DNA from: Candidatus Nomurabacteria bacterium | GTDB lineage: Bacteria; Patescibacteriota; Minisyncoccia; Phycocordibacterales; UBA9973 | NCBI GenBank assembly: GCA_009695015.1 | Contig: SIBT01000001.1 | Coordinates: 1 to 39,005, forward strand | Length of the DNA stretch: 39,005 bases | Direction of reading: 5' to 3' | Part shown: positions 1 through 8,059 of the stretch, piece by piece | How the letters are laid out: each line of letters begins with the position of its first letter | Position numbering within the stretch: position 1 is the stretch's first letter | The notes under the pieces: model-generated | Seen by the model: the letters and a program-made list of their open reading frames with translations, nothing else | The model's database searches: none | What the model was told of the DNA's origin: nothing | Program-made: the position numbers and the translations under genes

Positions 1-74
1 CTAATAAATAATAATTTAAAACAATAATAATGTAGCGGATAAATAAAAACAAAGAACAGATGTTTACTTAATCC

Positions 75-117
75 CGACAACTCTGTCGAGACCCCGATTT
101 TACATCGGGGTTGAAAC
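75..117. other. Two adjacent short hairpins followed by TTGAAAC. The architecture resembles a CRISPR repeat, but there is only one copy. It lies in a 422-nt non-coding stretch.
   Basis: CGACA-ACTC-TGTCG (75-88) and CCCCGAT-TTTAC-ATCGGGG (92-110), followed by TTGAAAC (111-117). I found no second copy at repeat-spacer distance on either side. Confidence 0.3.
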
Positions 118-422
118 CTGAACAAAAAAACTTTTATCTTTTTATTCAGTTTTCAATGATCTTATAACTTAATTCTCACTAAACTATCATTTGAGATTTT
201 TTCGACGAAATCGCAAACGAGAATAAAGCAAAAAATAAATATAAATTTATGTGTTTATTTAACAGAAGACACAAAATAAAATGCGTAATCTGTAAATACT
301 AAACACAAATACATTATAATATATAGCTCCAAGATAGAGCAAGATATTATGTGGATAACTCGGATAAACCGACAAAATCCTACAGATTCAATGTTATCAT
401 ATTTCAATTAAAATGCAAGGAT

Positions 423-1298
423 CTATTTAACAAAATATCTACTCCACCTCTTTTCTCCAGTTTTATTAAGAACACCATCTTTCATCATGGACATTAATTC
501 TCTTTGTAAAGTTTTCTCACTACAAGACACGAGTTGGATGGCTTGTTCTGGTGTTGATTGAATCATATCCTTTATGTCCTTTATGGTAGCATTGCCACCA
601 ATAATTTTAACAATCTTTATGATTTCATCTCTTCTTTGTTTTTTTAGTAAATCAAAATCTTGACTCCGTGAGGCAAGACCTAACATATTAGGTCTTGCCT
701 CTAAAGTATTGGACATAAGATAAGTTTTATCGGACAGAGCTTTCATTAAAGTACTTCCCTTTTGGACACCAATTCTAGTATGTCCTTTAGGATTTTCTTT
801 CCTCCTTATTGAGGAGGAAAGCTCCGACCAAGGTCGGAGTGAGGTGGTGATTTTAGAATTACCACCCCCCACCTCCTCCTTATCAAGGAGGAGTGGTTCA
901 GATAAAAACTCTTCGAGCCATCTAGGTTTAACTTGTCTAGATTCTTGTATAGAAACTTTTAGTTCTAGAAATTCTTTTTTAAGAATTTCGCAGTTCATTT
1001 CGGAGATAAAATTCATAGCGAAAGTAATATTTAAAAAGGACAAAACTTGATCTACTTTTTGAGTATCAAAGGTAACCCTTGTAAGATTCTGCATAGTCAA
1101 GTCCGATAGAATTTCTAATCCCAATGTCCTTAATTTATTCCTAAGTGGTTCATCTTTATCCAAGATGTCCGTTACCATATAAAGCGCTGTAATAAGCTTA
1201 TGAGTTTTCGTATAAGAAAGTGGAAAGGAGATGTCTTTTATAGAAATGTCCGTGTTAGTTTTAAAATCTTTTAGATTTTTATTGATGTCCTTATTCAT
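423..1298 (-). CDS. Hypothetical protein with a C-terminal winged-helix (DeoR/MarR-like) DNA-binding domain; putative transcriptional regulator
   Basis: The ORF in the track starts at a TTG at 1346; the first ATG (MNKDINKN) is at 1298, preceded by TATAAT. The C-terminus IIKIVKIIGGNATIKDIKDMI...SEKTLQRELMSMMKDGVLNKTGEKRWSRY looks like a wHTH. The N-terminal domain is unrecognised. Confidence 0.6.
   Translation of the reverse strand: MNKDINKNLKDFKTNTDISIKDISFPLSYTKTHKLITALYMVTDILDKDEPLRNKLRTLGLEILSDLTMQNLTRVTFDTQKVDQVLSFLNITFAMNFISEMNCEILKKEFLELKVSIQESRQVKPRWLEEFLSEPLLLDKEEVGGGNSKITTSLRPWSELSSSIRRKENPKGHTRIGVQKGSTLMKALSDKTYLMSNTLEARPNMLGLASRSQDFDLLKKQRRDEIIKIVKIIGGNATIKDIKDMIQSTPEQAIQLVSCSEKTLQRELMSMMKDGVLNKTGEKRWSRYFVK
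797..896. repeat. GC-rich cluster of four consecutive perfect hairpins, including two copies of a roughly 19-nt palindromic unit, embedded in the coding region
   Basis: Four stems: CTTTCCTCC/GGAGGAAAG (797-821); CTCCGACC/GGTCGGAG (822-839); GAGGTGG/CCACCTC (841-875); CTCCTCC/GGAGGAG (873-893). The units TCCTCCTTATTGAGGAGGA and TCCTCCTTATCAAGGAGGA differ only in their loops. Confidence 0.6.
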
Positions 1299-1510
1299 AG
1301 GTAATATCTGTCCATTATATATCGGACAAAGAAAAATGCAAGGCAAGATTAAGCTAGAATAGTTTTTTAAATGTCTTGCGTAGGAGCTTAGAAAACAAAA
1401 TCGGTACTTCGATTATTGTTTTCTTGAGCGACGGAGAGAGCAATTGTTCAGCAGAAAAATATGTGTGCATTTTAAAAATTATTTTTGACTAATCTTTTAC
1501 AAAAGAAATG

Positions 1511-1519
1511 TGTTAAAAT
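1511..1519 (+). promoter_or_regulatory. Putative extended -10 promoter (TGtTAAAAT) for ftsK; its position implies a leaderless or near-leaderless mRNA
   Basis: TGTTAAAAT ends 6 nt before the ATG at 1526. There is no Shine-Dalgarno sequence and no good -35. Confidence 0.3.
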
Positions 1520-1525
1520 ACTCAC

Positions 1526-3736
1526 ATGATAAAGAATGGGAACAAGAAGAAAGAAAAAGATGATGAAAAAGAAAATACTGGATTAAGGAGTCAAACAAAA
1601 CATGTAATTGTATCGATAGTTTTTTTTGTTTTAGCATTATTTTTTTTAATGTCTAAATTTAATATGGCTGGAGTTGCTGGTATTGTCGTCAACGAAAAAC
1701 TTCACCTCTTGATCGGTATTGGTGACATCCTGCTACCGGCTCTTTTTATTTTACTCGGAACTTCATTTATTAGATCGCAAACCCCAAACATCGGCTGGAG
1801 AAGTCTAATAAGCTCAATAACATTTTTACTCTCGAGTCTGGGAATAATTGATATCGCTTCGAACAATCATGCAGGTGGATTATTTGGAGGGATTTTATCA
1901 ATCCCTCTGGTATCGCTCTTTGATGTGTATGCGAGTATTATTTTTCTCGGTGCAATTTTAGTAATTTCAATTCTGTTGATATTTAATGAGGAATTGGAAC
2001 TCGTGCCATTATTTAAAAAACTTTGGAATTTTATCACAAGGAAAAAAAGTGTCGCATCTCTCGAAAGTGAAGACAAAGAGGAGGAAAAAATCGACTCATC
2101 CTCAATTTCGCCCGAAACAAATACAGATGAGGAAGACGAACCAATGGGTAATAAAATAAAAAAGGCGTTGGGTATAAATAAAGACGAAGAAGAAGAGATG
2201 CCGATTAGAAAAAATAAAGAGAGAAGGAACGGATTGGTTTCCACTTATGTTCCTCCTCCACTCTCACTCCTCGAAGAGGATCAAGGCAAACCAAACACTG
2301 GTGACATCAAAGCGAATGCAAATATAATCAAGCGCACACTTTTAAACTTTGGCATTGAAGTAGAAATGGATGAAATAACAATTGGACCGACAGTCACTCG
2401 TTATGCACTGAAACCAGCAGAAGGAATGAAACTCTCACGCATCATCGCTCTCACCAACGATCTCTCACTAGCGCTCGCGGCCCACCCGATACGAATAGAA
2501 GCACCAATTCCAGGAAAATCTTTGGTTGGTATCGAAATTCCAAATAGAACAAAATCATTGGTGGGTCTTGCCACTTTACTTTCTGATGATAAATTCCAAA
2601 ATTCAGCAAAACCTCTAACTATCGCTCTCGGACGAAACATAGGAGGCAAGTCAGTCTTTGGTAACCTTGCAAAAATGCCACACTGTCTGGTGGCCGGCAC
2701 AACTGGTTCCGGAAAATCAGGAGCTATTCATTCGATGATCACTTCTCTTTTATATAGAAATGGACCAGACGACTTGAAATTTATCTTGATCGATCCAAAA
2801 CGCGTCGAGCTAACCCTTTATAATAATATTCCACACTTACTGACCCCTGTGATCACTGATGCAAAAAAAACGATTCTGGCTCTGAAATGGGCAGCTAAAG
2901 AAATGAACCGTCGGTATGATATCTTGGAGTCCGAAAGTGTGCGAGATATAGAGTCTTATCATAATAATGTTTACGCTAGTAGCATAAAGAAAACGAAAAA
3001 GAATAACGAGGGTATCGATGAAGAGGTCGGTGTTGACCGCCTGCCGTATATTGTCATCATAATAGATGAGCTAGCAGACATTATGAGTTCATACCCTAGA
3101 GAGCTTGAGTCAGCTATCGTGCGACTAGCCCAAATGTCCAGAGCTGTGGGTATTCACCTAATAGTTTCAACTCAACGCCCCGAAGTAAATGTCATCACTG
3201 GCCTAATTAAAGCCAACATCCCAGCTCGTATTGCTTTAAAAGTATCTTCACAAGTAGACTCACGCACGATCTTAGACGCCGGTGGAGCAGAAAAACTTTT
3301 GGGTGCTGGCGATATGCTCTATTCCTCCGGTGACGCTCAGCCCGAACGCCTACAGAGTGCATTTATTTCAGAGATTGAAGTAAAAAAGGTTGTGAGTTAT
3401 TTAGCCAATGCATATAAAGATGAAATATCTGAAGAGGTGGTTCTAACATCTGGTTCAATATCGGTTGATAAAAGTATTTTCGAAAGTACACTTGAAGATG
3501 AAGACGCTAGTGAAGATGATGATGAGCTCTATGAAGAAGCCAGACTATGTGTGATCGAAGCCGGTCGCGCTTCCACTTCTTATCTTCAGAGAAAATTAAA
3601 ATTAGGATACGCGCGCGCCGCACGTCTGATGGATCGGTTAGAAGAACGTGGAGTCATCGGCCCCGGAGATGGCGCAAAACCAAGAGAGGTGTTGGAAAAA
3701 ATCACACATGATGAAAATGGGGGCAATGTAATATGA
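1526..3736 (+). CDS. ftsK: DNA translocase FtsK/SpoIIIE
   Basis: N-terminal TM segments and an acidic linker; Walker A GTTGSGKSG; Walker B IIIDELADIM; C-terminal gamma wHTH STSYLQRKLKLGYARAARLMDRLEERGVIG. Confidence 0.95.
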   Translation: MIKNGNKKKEKDDEKENTGLRSQTKHVIVSIVFFVLALFFLMSKFNMAGVAGIVVNEKLHLLIGIGDILLPALFILLGTSFIRSQTPNIGWRSLISSITFLLSSLGIIDIASNNHAGGLFGGILSIPLVSLFDVYASIIFLGAILVISILLIFNEELELVPLFKKLWNFITRKKSVASLESEDKEEEKIDSSSISPETNTDEEDEPMGNKIKKALGINKDEEEEMPIRKNKERRNGLVSTYVPPPLSLLEEDQGKPNTGDIKANANIIKRTLLNFGIEVEMDEITIGPTVTRYALKPAEGMKLSRIIALTNDLSLALAAHPIRIEAPIPGKSLVGIEIPNRTKSLVGLATLLSDDKFQNSAKPLTIALGRNIGGKSVFGNLAKMPHCLVAGTTGSGKSGAIHSMITSLLYRNGPDDLKFILIDPKRVELTLYNNIPHLLTPVITDAKKTILALKWAAKEMNRRYDILESESVRDIESYHNNVYASSIKKTKKNNEGIDEEVGVDRLPYIVIIIDELADIMSSYPRELESAIVRLAQMSRAVGIHLIVSTQRPEVNVITGLIKANIPARIALKVSSQVDSRTILDAGGAEKLLGAGDMLYSSGDAQPERLQSAFISEIEVKKVVSYLANAYKDEISEEVVLTSGSISVDKSIFESTLEDEDASEDDDELYEEARLCVIEAGRASTSYLQRKLKLGYARAARLMDRLEERGVIGPGDGAKPREVLEKITHDENGGNVI

Positions 3737-4104
3737 ACAACAACGCAAAAAAAATATTACAAATAGGAGGTCTTTCTATTTTTTTTATGCTTATTATTAT
3801 CTATGCTTTTTTTCGCTCTCAAGATCTAATCTTTGGGGTGAAAATAAAAAATGTAATTATCGATAGCCTACCACTTCGTGGCAAAGTCACAGGTAGAACA
3901 AGAGTCGAAAATACAGTAATAGAAATATCAGGAAATACAACTAATGCAACAAATTTAACTTTAAACGGTCGAGAAATTTCAATAAATCAAGTCGGCAATT
4001 TCAACGAGACGATTGCACTCTTGTCGGGATATAATATAATCAATATTAAGGCAAAAGATAAGTTTGGATATATGGATGAAAAGAATTATCAGATTAATCA
4101 CTAG
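3733..4104 (+). CDS. Small membrane-anchored hypothetical protein (N-terminal TM plus a beta-rich, Ig-like ectodomain)
   Basis: ATGA start/stop overlap with ftsK. TM segment [20 protein letters not shown], followed by a beta-strand-like sequence ending [11 protein letters not shown]. Confidence 0.6.
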   Translation: MNNNAKKILQIGGLSIFFMLIIIYAFFRSQDLIFGVKIKNVIIDSLPLRGKVTGRTRVENTVIEISGNTTNATNLTLNGREISINQVGNFNETIALLSGYNIINIKAKDKFGYMDEKNYQINH

Positions 4105-4111
4105 CAAGACA

Positions 4112-5170
4112 ATGTTAAAGAAAAAAGAAAAAAAAGAAGACAAGACTGTGGGTATAGCTGTATTAGAAGACACGCTGAAAGCAATTCAAACAAAATTTGG
4201 AGAGGGGTCAATCATGAAATTTGGCGATTCACCAAAAGTGGACATAAATGTGATACCCACCGGCTCCATTGGCCTCGACATGGCGCTAGGAGTAGGCGGA
4301 ATACCACGCGGTAGAATTATTGAAATATTCGGACCTGAATCTTCTGGAAAAACGACACTCTCCCTTCATATTGTGGCGGAAGCGCAAAAAAAGGGTGGAG
4401 TTTGCGCATATATAGACGCCGAACACGCGATGGATCCAGAATATACAAAAAAACTTGGAGTCAATATAAACAATCTGCTCATTTCCCAACCAGACAATGG
4501 CGAACAGGCGCTGGAAATTGTAGAGTCGCTAGTACGAACAGGAAAAATTGACGTAATAGTCATCGACTCTGTAGCGGCGCTCACTCCAAAAGACGAAATT
4601 GAAGGTGATATGGGCGCATACCATGTCGGTAAGCAAGCTCGCTTGATGTCTCAAGCGCTTCGCAAGCTCACCGCTATCGTCGCCAAATCTAAGACTGTGG
4701 TGATTTTTATCAATCAAATCAGAATGCAAATCGGGGTAATGTTTGGCAACCCTGAGACTACTCCGGGAGGAAAAGCGCTGAAATTTTACACTTCGGTGCG
4801 TCTCGATATTCGCAAAATCGCTCAGATAAAAAAAGGAGAGGATGTGGTAGGCAGTCGCACACGTGTAAAAGTAGTGAAAAATAAAGTGTCTGCCCCTTTC
4901 AAACAAACTGAATTTGATATTATTTACAATGAAGGCATTTCCAAAGAAGGTGAGATTATGGCGCTCGGAGAGAAATTTAAAATAATAGAAAAAACTGGAA
5001 ATTCATATTTTTACGTACCCGCCGAAACTTCGTTGAAGGTGGGTGATAAATCAGAGAATCTGAAACTAGGCGTAGGTTATGACGCTACCCGCACATTCTT
5101 GAAAGAAGATAAAAAAATATCTGACCAAATCTTAAAAGAAATCCGCAAGAAATTTGCCGAGGAAGTATAA
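4112..5170 (+). CDS. recA: Recombinase RecA
   Basis: [10 protein letters not shown] Walker [11 protein letters not shown] Walker [21 protein letters not shown] loop L2. The start is moved to the ATG at 4112, the first ATG after the upstream stop at 4102-4104. Confidence 0.96.
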   Translation: MLKKKEKKEDKTVGIAVLEDTLKAIQTKFGEGSIMKFGDSPKVDINVIPTGSIGLDMALGVGGIPRGRIIEIFGPESSGKTTLSLHIVAEAQKKGGVCAYIDAEHAMDPEYTKKLGVNINNLLISQPDNGEQALEIVESLVRTGKIDVIVIDSVAALTPKDEIEGDMGAYHVGKQARLMSQALRKLTAIVAKSKTVVIFINQIRMQIGVMFGNPETTPGGKALKFYTSVRLDIRKIAQIKKGEDVVGSRTRVKVVKNKVSAPFKQTEFDIIYNEGISKEGEIMALGEKFKIIEKTGNSYFYVPAETSLKVGDKSENLKLGVGYDATRTFLKEDKKISDQILKEIRKKFAEEV

Positions 5171-5198
5171 CTTGTCAACCTGCCACGTCGACAAGTTT
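5171..5198 (+). terminator. Possible recA terminator hairpin
   Basis: CTTGTCAAC-CTGCCAC-GTCGACAAG (one mismatch) followed by TTTG. The U-tract is short. Confidence 0.35.
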
Positions 5199-5232
5199 GC
5201 AAAATAACCTTAAATTTGGTACTATGTTTCCT

Positions 5233-5811
5233 ATGTCAAAATTAGAATACAACGATATCCGCGAGAAGAAAATAATAATTTATAATGGTGAACCTTGTGA
5301 AGTCATCGAGTCGCATGTCGCACGCACTCAACAGCGAAAACCGCAAAATCAAGTGAAACTCAAAAGTCTCATCGCTGGCAAGACTATCGCCGCTACTTTT
5401 CACGTCTCCGAATCAGCCGACGAGGCAGACATCATTAAACGCGATATTACTTTCCTCTACCACAACAAAGGAGAATATTGGTTCTGTGATCCAAATGATA
5501 AAAGTAAAAGATTTAAATTAGATCTAGCGCTCATAGGCGACACTGCAAAATTTTTGAAACAAAACAGTAATGTGACCGCACTCATCTGGGAAGATAATGA
5601 AGTAGAAAAAATTATTAAAGTCACTCTGCCAATCAAAATAGAATTCAAAGTCAAAGAAGCTCCACCTGCAGTGCGCGGAGACACATCTAAAGGAGGCATT
5701 AAGGTTATAATTCTAGAAAATGGAGCGACTCTCAATGCTCCTATGTTTATAGCTCCTGGAGACGTAATCAGCGTAAATACAGAGACTGGAGAATACGTCG
5801 AAAGGATCTAA
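5233..5811 (+). CDS. efp: Elongation factor P
   Basis: Lines up by eye, without gaps over the first ~45 residues, with my recollection of E. coli EF-P from MSKLEYNDIR (NDxR, GEP, VKLK, VRGDTS, TGEYVERI). Alternative ATG at 5224; the track start at 5197 is a TTG. Confidence 0.9.
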   Translation: MSKLEYNDIREKKIIIYNGEPCEVIESHVARTQQRKPQNQVKLKSLIAGKTIAATFHVSESADEADIIKRDITFLYHNKGEYWFCDPNDKSKRFKLDLALIGDTAKFLKQNSNVTALIWEDNEVEKIIKVTLPIKIEFKVKEAPPAVRGDTSKGGIKVIILENGATLNAPMFIAPGDVISVNTETGEYVERI

Positions 5812-5849
5812 AAACTCTTTCTTGGCATACTTTTTATAAAGCAATCTAT

Positions 5850-5867
5850 CTCGCAAAGCTTTGCGAG
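5850..5867. terminator. Perfect 18-nt palindrome between the convergent efp and rpsR genes; candidate bidirectional terminator stem
   Basis: CTCGCAAAGCTTTGCGAG. There is no adjacent U-tract on either strand, so the call is weak. Confidence 0.3.
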
Positions 5868-5928
5868 TGAACTACTCGGCTCATCAACCTGCGTAAGGCT
5901 TTTTAAAAAGTACGCCTGCGAAGAGTTT

Positions 5929-6129
5929 TTATTTCACCACAAAAGGAAGCAGGCCTAAAAATCTCGCGTGTTTGATGGCTGATGTTAGTTGACGTTGATT
6001 TTTAGCAGTCACACCAGTACGCTTGTGACTGATGATTTTACCATTAGGATTTATGAATTTTTTTAGAATTTCAATATCCTTGTAATCTATATATTTTATA
6101 TTATTAGCTGAAAAATAATCTTGTTTCAT
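5929..6129 (-). CDS. rpsR: 30S ribosomal protein S18
   Basis: 66 aa, with [28 protein letters not shown]. Lies in the rpsF-ssb-rpsR arrangement. Confidence 0.93.
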   Translation of the reverse strand: MKQDYFSANNIKYIDYKDIEILKKFINPNGKIISHKRTGVTAKNQRQLTSAIKHARFLGLLPFVVK

Positions 6130-6139
6130 AGTCTTGTTA

Positions 6140-6595
6140 TTAAAATGGAATATCTTCAGGATTAATATCTTCTTCTGGATATTCTATTGTATCTACTTCT
6201 CCATTTTCGGAAGATGGTTTTTGGGCTTCTGCGCTTGATGTTCCTCCGCTAGCTCCGACACCTCCGCTCTTAGCCCCAAATTGAACACGATCCGCAATAA
6301 TTTCTGTCCTATATTTTTTTTCTCCGCTTATTTTATCATCCCAACTGCGCGTTTCTATACGACCTTCTATCATTACCTGTTGACCTTTTTTTAAATATTG
6401 AGCCGAAGTTTCCGCTTGTCTGCCCCAAACGACGATATTGTGATAGCTGGTCGATTCTTGTTTAACGCCACTCTTGTCTTTCCAAACTCTGTTTGTCGCT
6501 ACACCAAACTTGCAAACCTTTTGACCAGAAGGTATCGCAGTGAGTTCTGGATCTCGAGTAAGATTACCTACAATTATTACTTTATTTAAATACAT
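6140..6595 (-). CDS. ssb: Single-stranded DNA-binding protein
   Basis: OB-fold N-terminus [15 protein letters not shown]...; Gly/Ser-rich linker; acidic tail ending DIPF. Confidence 0.95.
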   Translation of the reverse strand: MYLNKVIIVGNLTRDPELTAIPSGQKVCKFGVATNRVWKDKSGVKQESTSYHNIVVWGRQAETSAQYLKKGQQVMIEGRIETRSWDDKISGEKKYRTEIIADRVQFGAKSGGVGASGGTSSAEAQKPSSENGEVDTIEYPEEDINPEDIPF

Positions 6596-6632
6596 AGTTT
6601 TTTTCTTTTACTTTATAAACTTTATAACTCGT

Positions 6633-7145
6633 TTACACTGCAATCAACGCATCTATTTCTTTGTCTATTTCTTCTTCATTTATAGGAACAACAGTTTCAT
6701 TTTCCATACTTTTTGCTTTTGGTCTCCTATATGTCTCTCCACGTGTAAATCTTTTTACAGCAATAGTATTTTCTCTCAATGTCTTTAGTATCAAAAATCG
6801 AATAAAACTAGAGTCGAGATCAAGATGCTTTTTTAATTCTAAAATTTGCTCTGTGCCCATAACAAATTTAATCCAACCAAAATACGCCGTGTTGAATTTG
6901 CTACGTACATTAGATACAACCTTTTGCATAGGATAGGCAAGATTGGTCATTTTAGGCATCTCGTCCGTTATAATCTCGCCATTAAAAGATGTCACAAGTT
7001 CTTTTAGATTGCCATAATTTATGGCCACATCCTCATTTTTGATTGTCGGCACCAACAGGTAACCAAGCTCGTAGATCTTGGAATTTGTATCTGCTAAATT
7101 AGCATTATTAATTTTATTTTCGCTGTTTTGTTCGCTTGCCTGCAT
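6633..7145 (-). CDS. rpsF: 30S ribosomal protein S6, with N- and C-terminal extensions
   Basis: YELGYLLVP...LAYPMQK...AYFGWIKF core. Located upstream of ssb-rpsR, the conserved operon order. Confidence 0.8.
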   Translation of the reverse strand: MQASEQNSENKINNANLADTNSKIYELGYLLVPTIKNEDVAINYGNLKELVTSFNGEIITDEMPKMTNLAYPMQKVVSNVRSKFNTAYFGWIKFVMGTEQILELKKHLDLDSSFIRFLILKTLRENTIAVKRFTRGETYRRPKAKSMENETVVPINEEEIDKEIDALIAV

Positions 7146-7154
7146 GTGGATTTT

Positions 7155-7183
7155 ATATTAGCAAAAAGCTTTCAAAAAGTAAA
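7155..7183 (-). promoter_or_regulatory. Putative sigma70-type promoter for rpsF
   Basis: On the minus strand: TTTACT, 17 nt, TAATAT, with the -10 ending 9 nt before the ATG and no SD. This implies a leader of only 2-4 nt. Confidence 0.3.
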
Positions 7184-7193
7184 CCCCGACTCC

Positions 7194-8012
7194 TTAAATC
7201 CCAAACATTCGCTTGGCATTTGCGATAATAGCAAGAGACACTTCTTTTTCCGATAAATTTTTAATTTCCGCAATTTTTTTCACAATTTCTTTTACATAAA
7301 TAGGCTCATTGCGCTTACCACGATAAGGAACGGGAGTTATGTATGGAGAATCTGTCTCGGACATAATCATATCAAGTGGTGTATTCCGTACAACCTCATC
7401 ATAATCATGAGTGAATGTGATAACTCCTGTAAAAGACAAAGTGAAGCCAAAATCCAAAAATGCTTTCGCCTCCTCCCATGTTCCAGCAAAGAAATGCACA
7501 TTACCCTTTACTTTCGCATGCTCTTTTAGAATTTTAATTGCATCTTCATAAGCATTTCTAATGTGCAACATGAGTGGCTTATTAAATTCATTTGCGAATT
7601 CTATCTGTTCTATAAAAGCTTCTTTCTGTTTTGAGATTGATTCGGATGTACATCTATAATAATCTAGACCACATTCTCCTATGCCGATTATTTTTTTATC
7701 TTTTAAAAGTTCTCGATAAGATTCTTTGTCGAAAATTTCTCCACGCGAGGTGAATTCTTTACCACCTTCACCCAACTCTTTCTCGTCATGATATGAAGCA
7801 CCAGTATGTATCGGATGCAGTCCTATAATCGCATAGACTCCTTCGGGATATTGATTCGCTATTTCTATTGCCTTTCTTGAAGTATCTATTTGTGTGCCGA
7901 CATTTATAACCCAAGTATTACCATCTAGTGCACGACGAATAACATCGTCTCGATCTGCATCAAAAGCTTTGAAATTTACGTGACTGTGTATGTCTATGTA
8001 TTTTGGAGTCAT
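7194..8012 (-). CDS. tatD: TatD-family metal-dependent hydrolase/DNase
   Basis: IDIHSHVNF, GECGLDYY, PLMLHIRNA, ETDSPY motifs. Good SD (GAGGAAGGA). metG-tatD adjacency as in Firmicutes. Confidence 0.9.
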   Translation of the reverse strand: MTPKYIDIHSHVNFKAFDADRDDVIRRALDGNTWVINVGTQIDTSRKAIEIANQYPEGVYAIIGLHPIHTGASYHDEKELGEGGKEFTSRGEIFDKESYRELLKDKKIIGIGECGLDYYRCTSESISKQKEAFIEQIEFANEFNKPLMLHIRNAYEDAIKILKEHAKVKGNVHFFAGTWEEAKAFLDFGFTLSFTGVITFTHDYDEVVRNTPLDMIMSETDSPYITPVPYRGKRNEPIYVKEIVKKIAEIKNLSEKEVSLAIIANAKRMFGI

Positions 8013-8059
8013 GATTTATTTCCTTCCTCTCTTTTGAGGAGAAAGTTGGGGTTAAATTC

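Noticed and set aside
85-117. Possible CRISPR array, based on a repeat-like unit (stem-loop plus TTGAAAC)
   Set aside because: Only one copy exists. The sequence at plausible repeat-spacer distances to the left (about 12-50) and right (about 150-185) shows no similarity, and no cas genes are in the window. It is kept only as a solo structured element.
305-335. dif/XerCD-like site (TATAATGTAT core resembling the centre of dif)
   Set aside because: Only a short run of about 9 nt matches. The conserved XerD arm (TTATGTTAAAT) is absent.
350-358. Chromosomal origin (oriC), suggested by the perfect DnaA box TGTGGATAA
   Set aside because: A single perfect 9-mer is roughly what chance predicts in about 78 kb of two-strand sequence. 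The neighbouring GGATAA-containing sites match only 6-7 of 9 positions. No dnaA or dnaN is nearby. The gene orientation to the right (mostly minus strand from 5.9 kb onwards) does not fit an origin here.
3734-3736. Alternative genetic code (UGA as Gly, as in Gracilibacteria/Absconditabacteria)
   Set aside because: TGA terminates well-defined genes at the expected protein ends: ftsK here and the 126-aa gene at 19728-19730. All conserved proteins read through intact with code 11.
4064-4111. 16-aa N-terminal extension of the RecA ORF
   Set aside because: It overlaps the end of the upstream gene, whose stop is at 4102-4104. The conserved RecA N-terminus begins after the ATG at 4112.
5810-5930. 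10-bp inverted repeat (AAAAACTCTT / AAGAGTTTTT) bracketing the whole efp-rpsR intergenic region, considered as a mobile-element boundary
   Set aside because: The repeat is A/T-rich and overlaps both stop codons. There is no coding capacity or target-site duplication between the arms. It is more likely part of a convergent terminator region or a coincidence.
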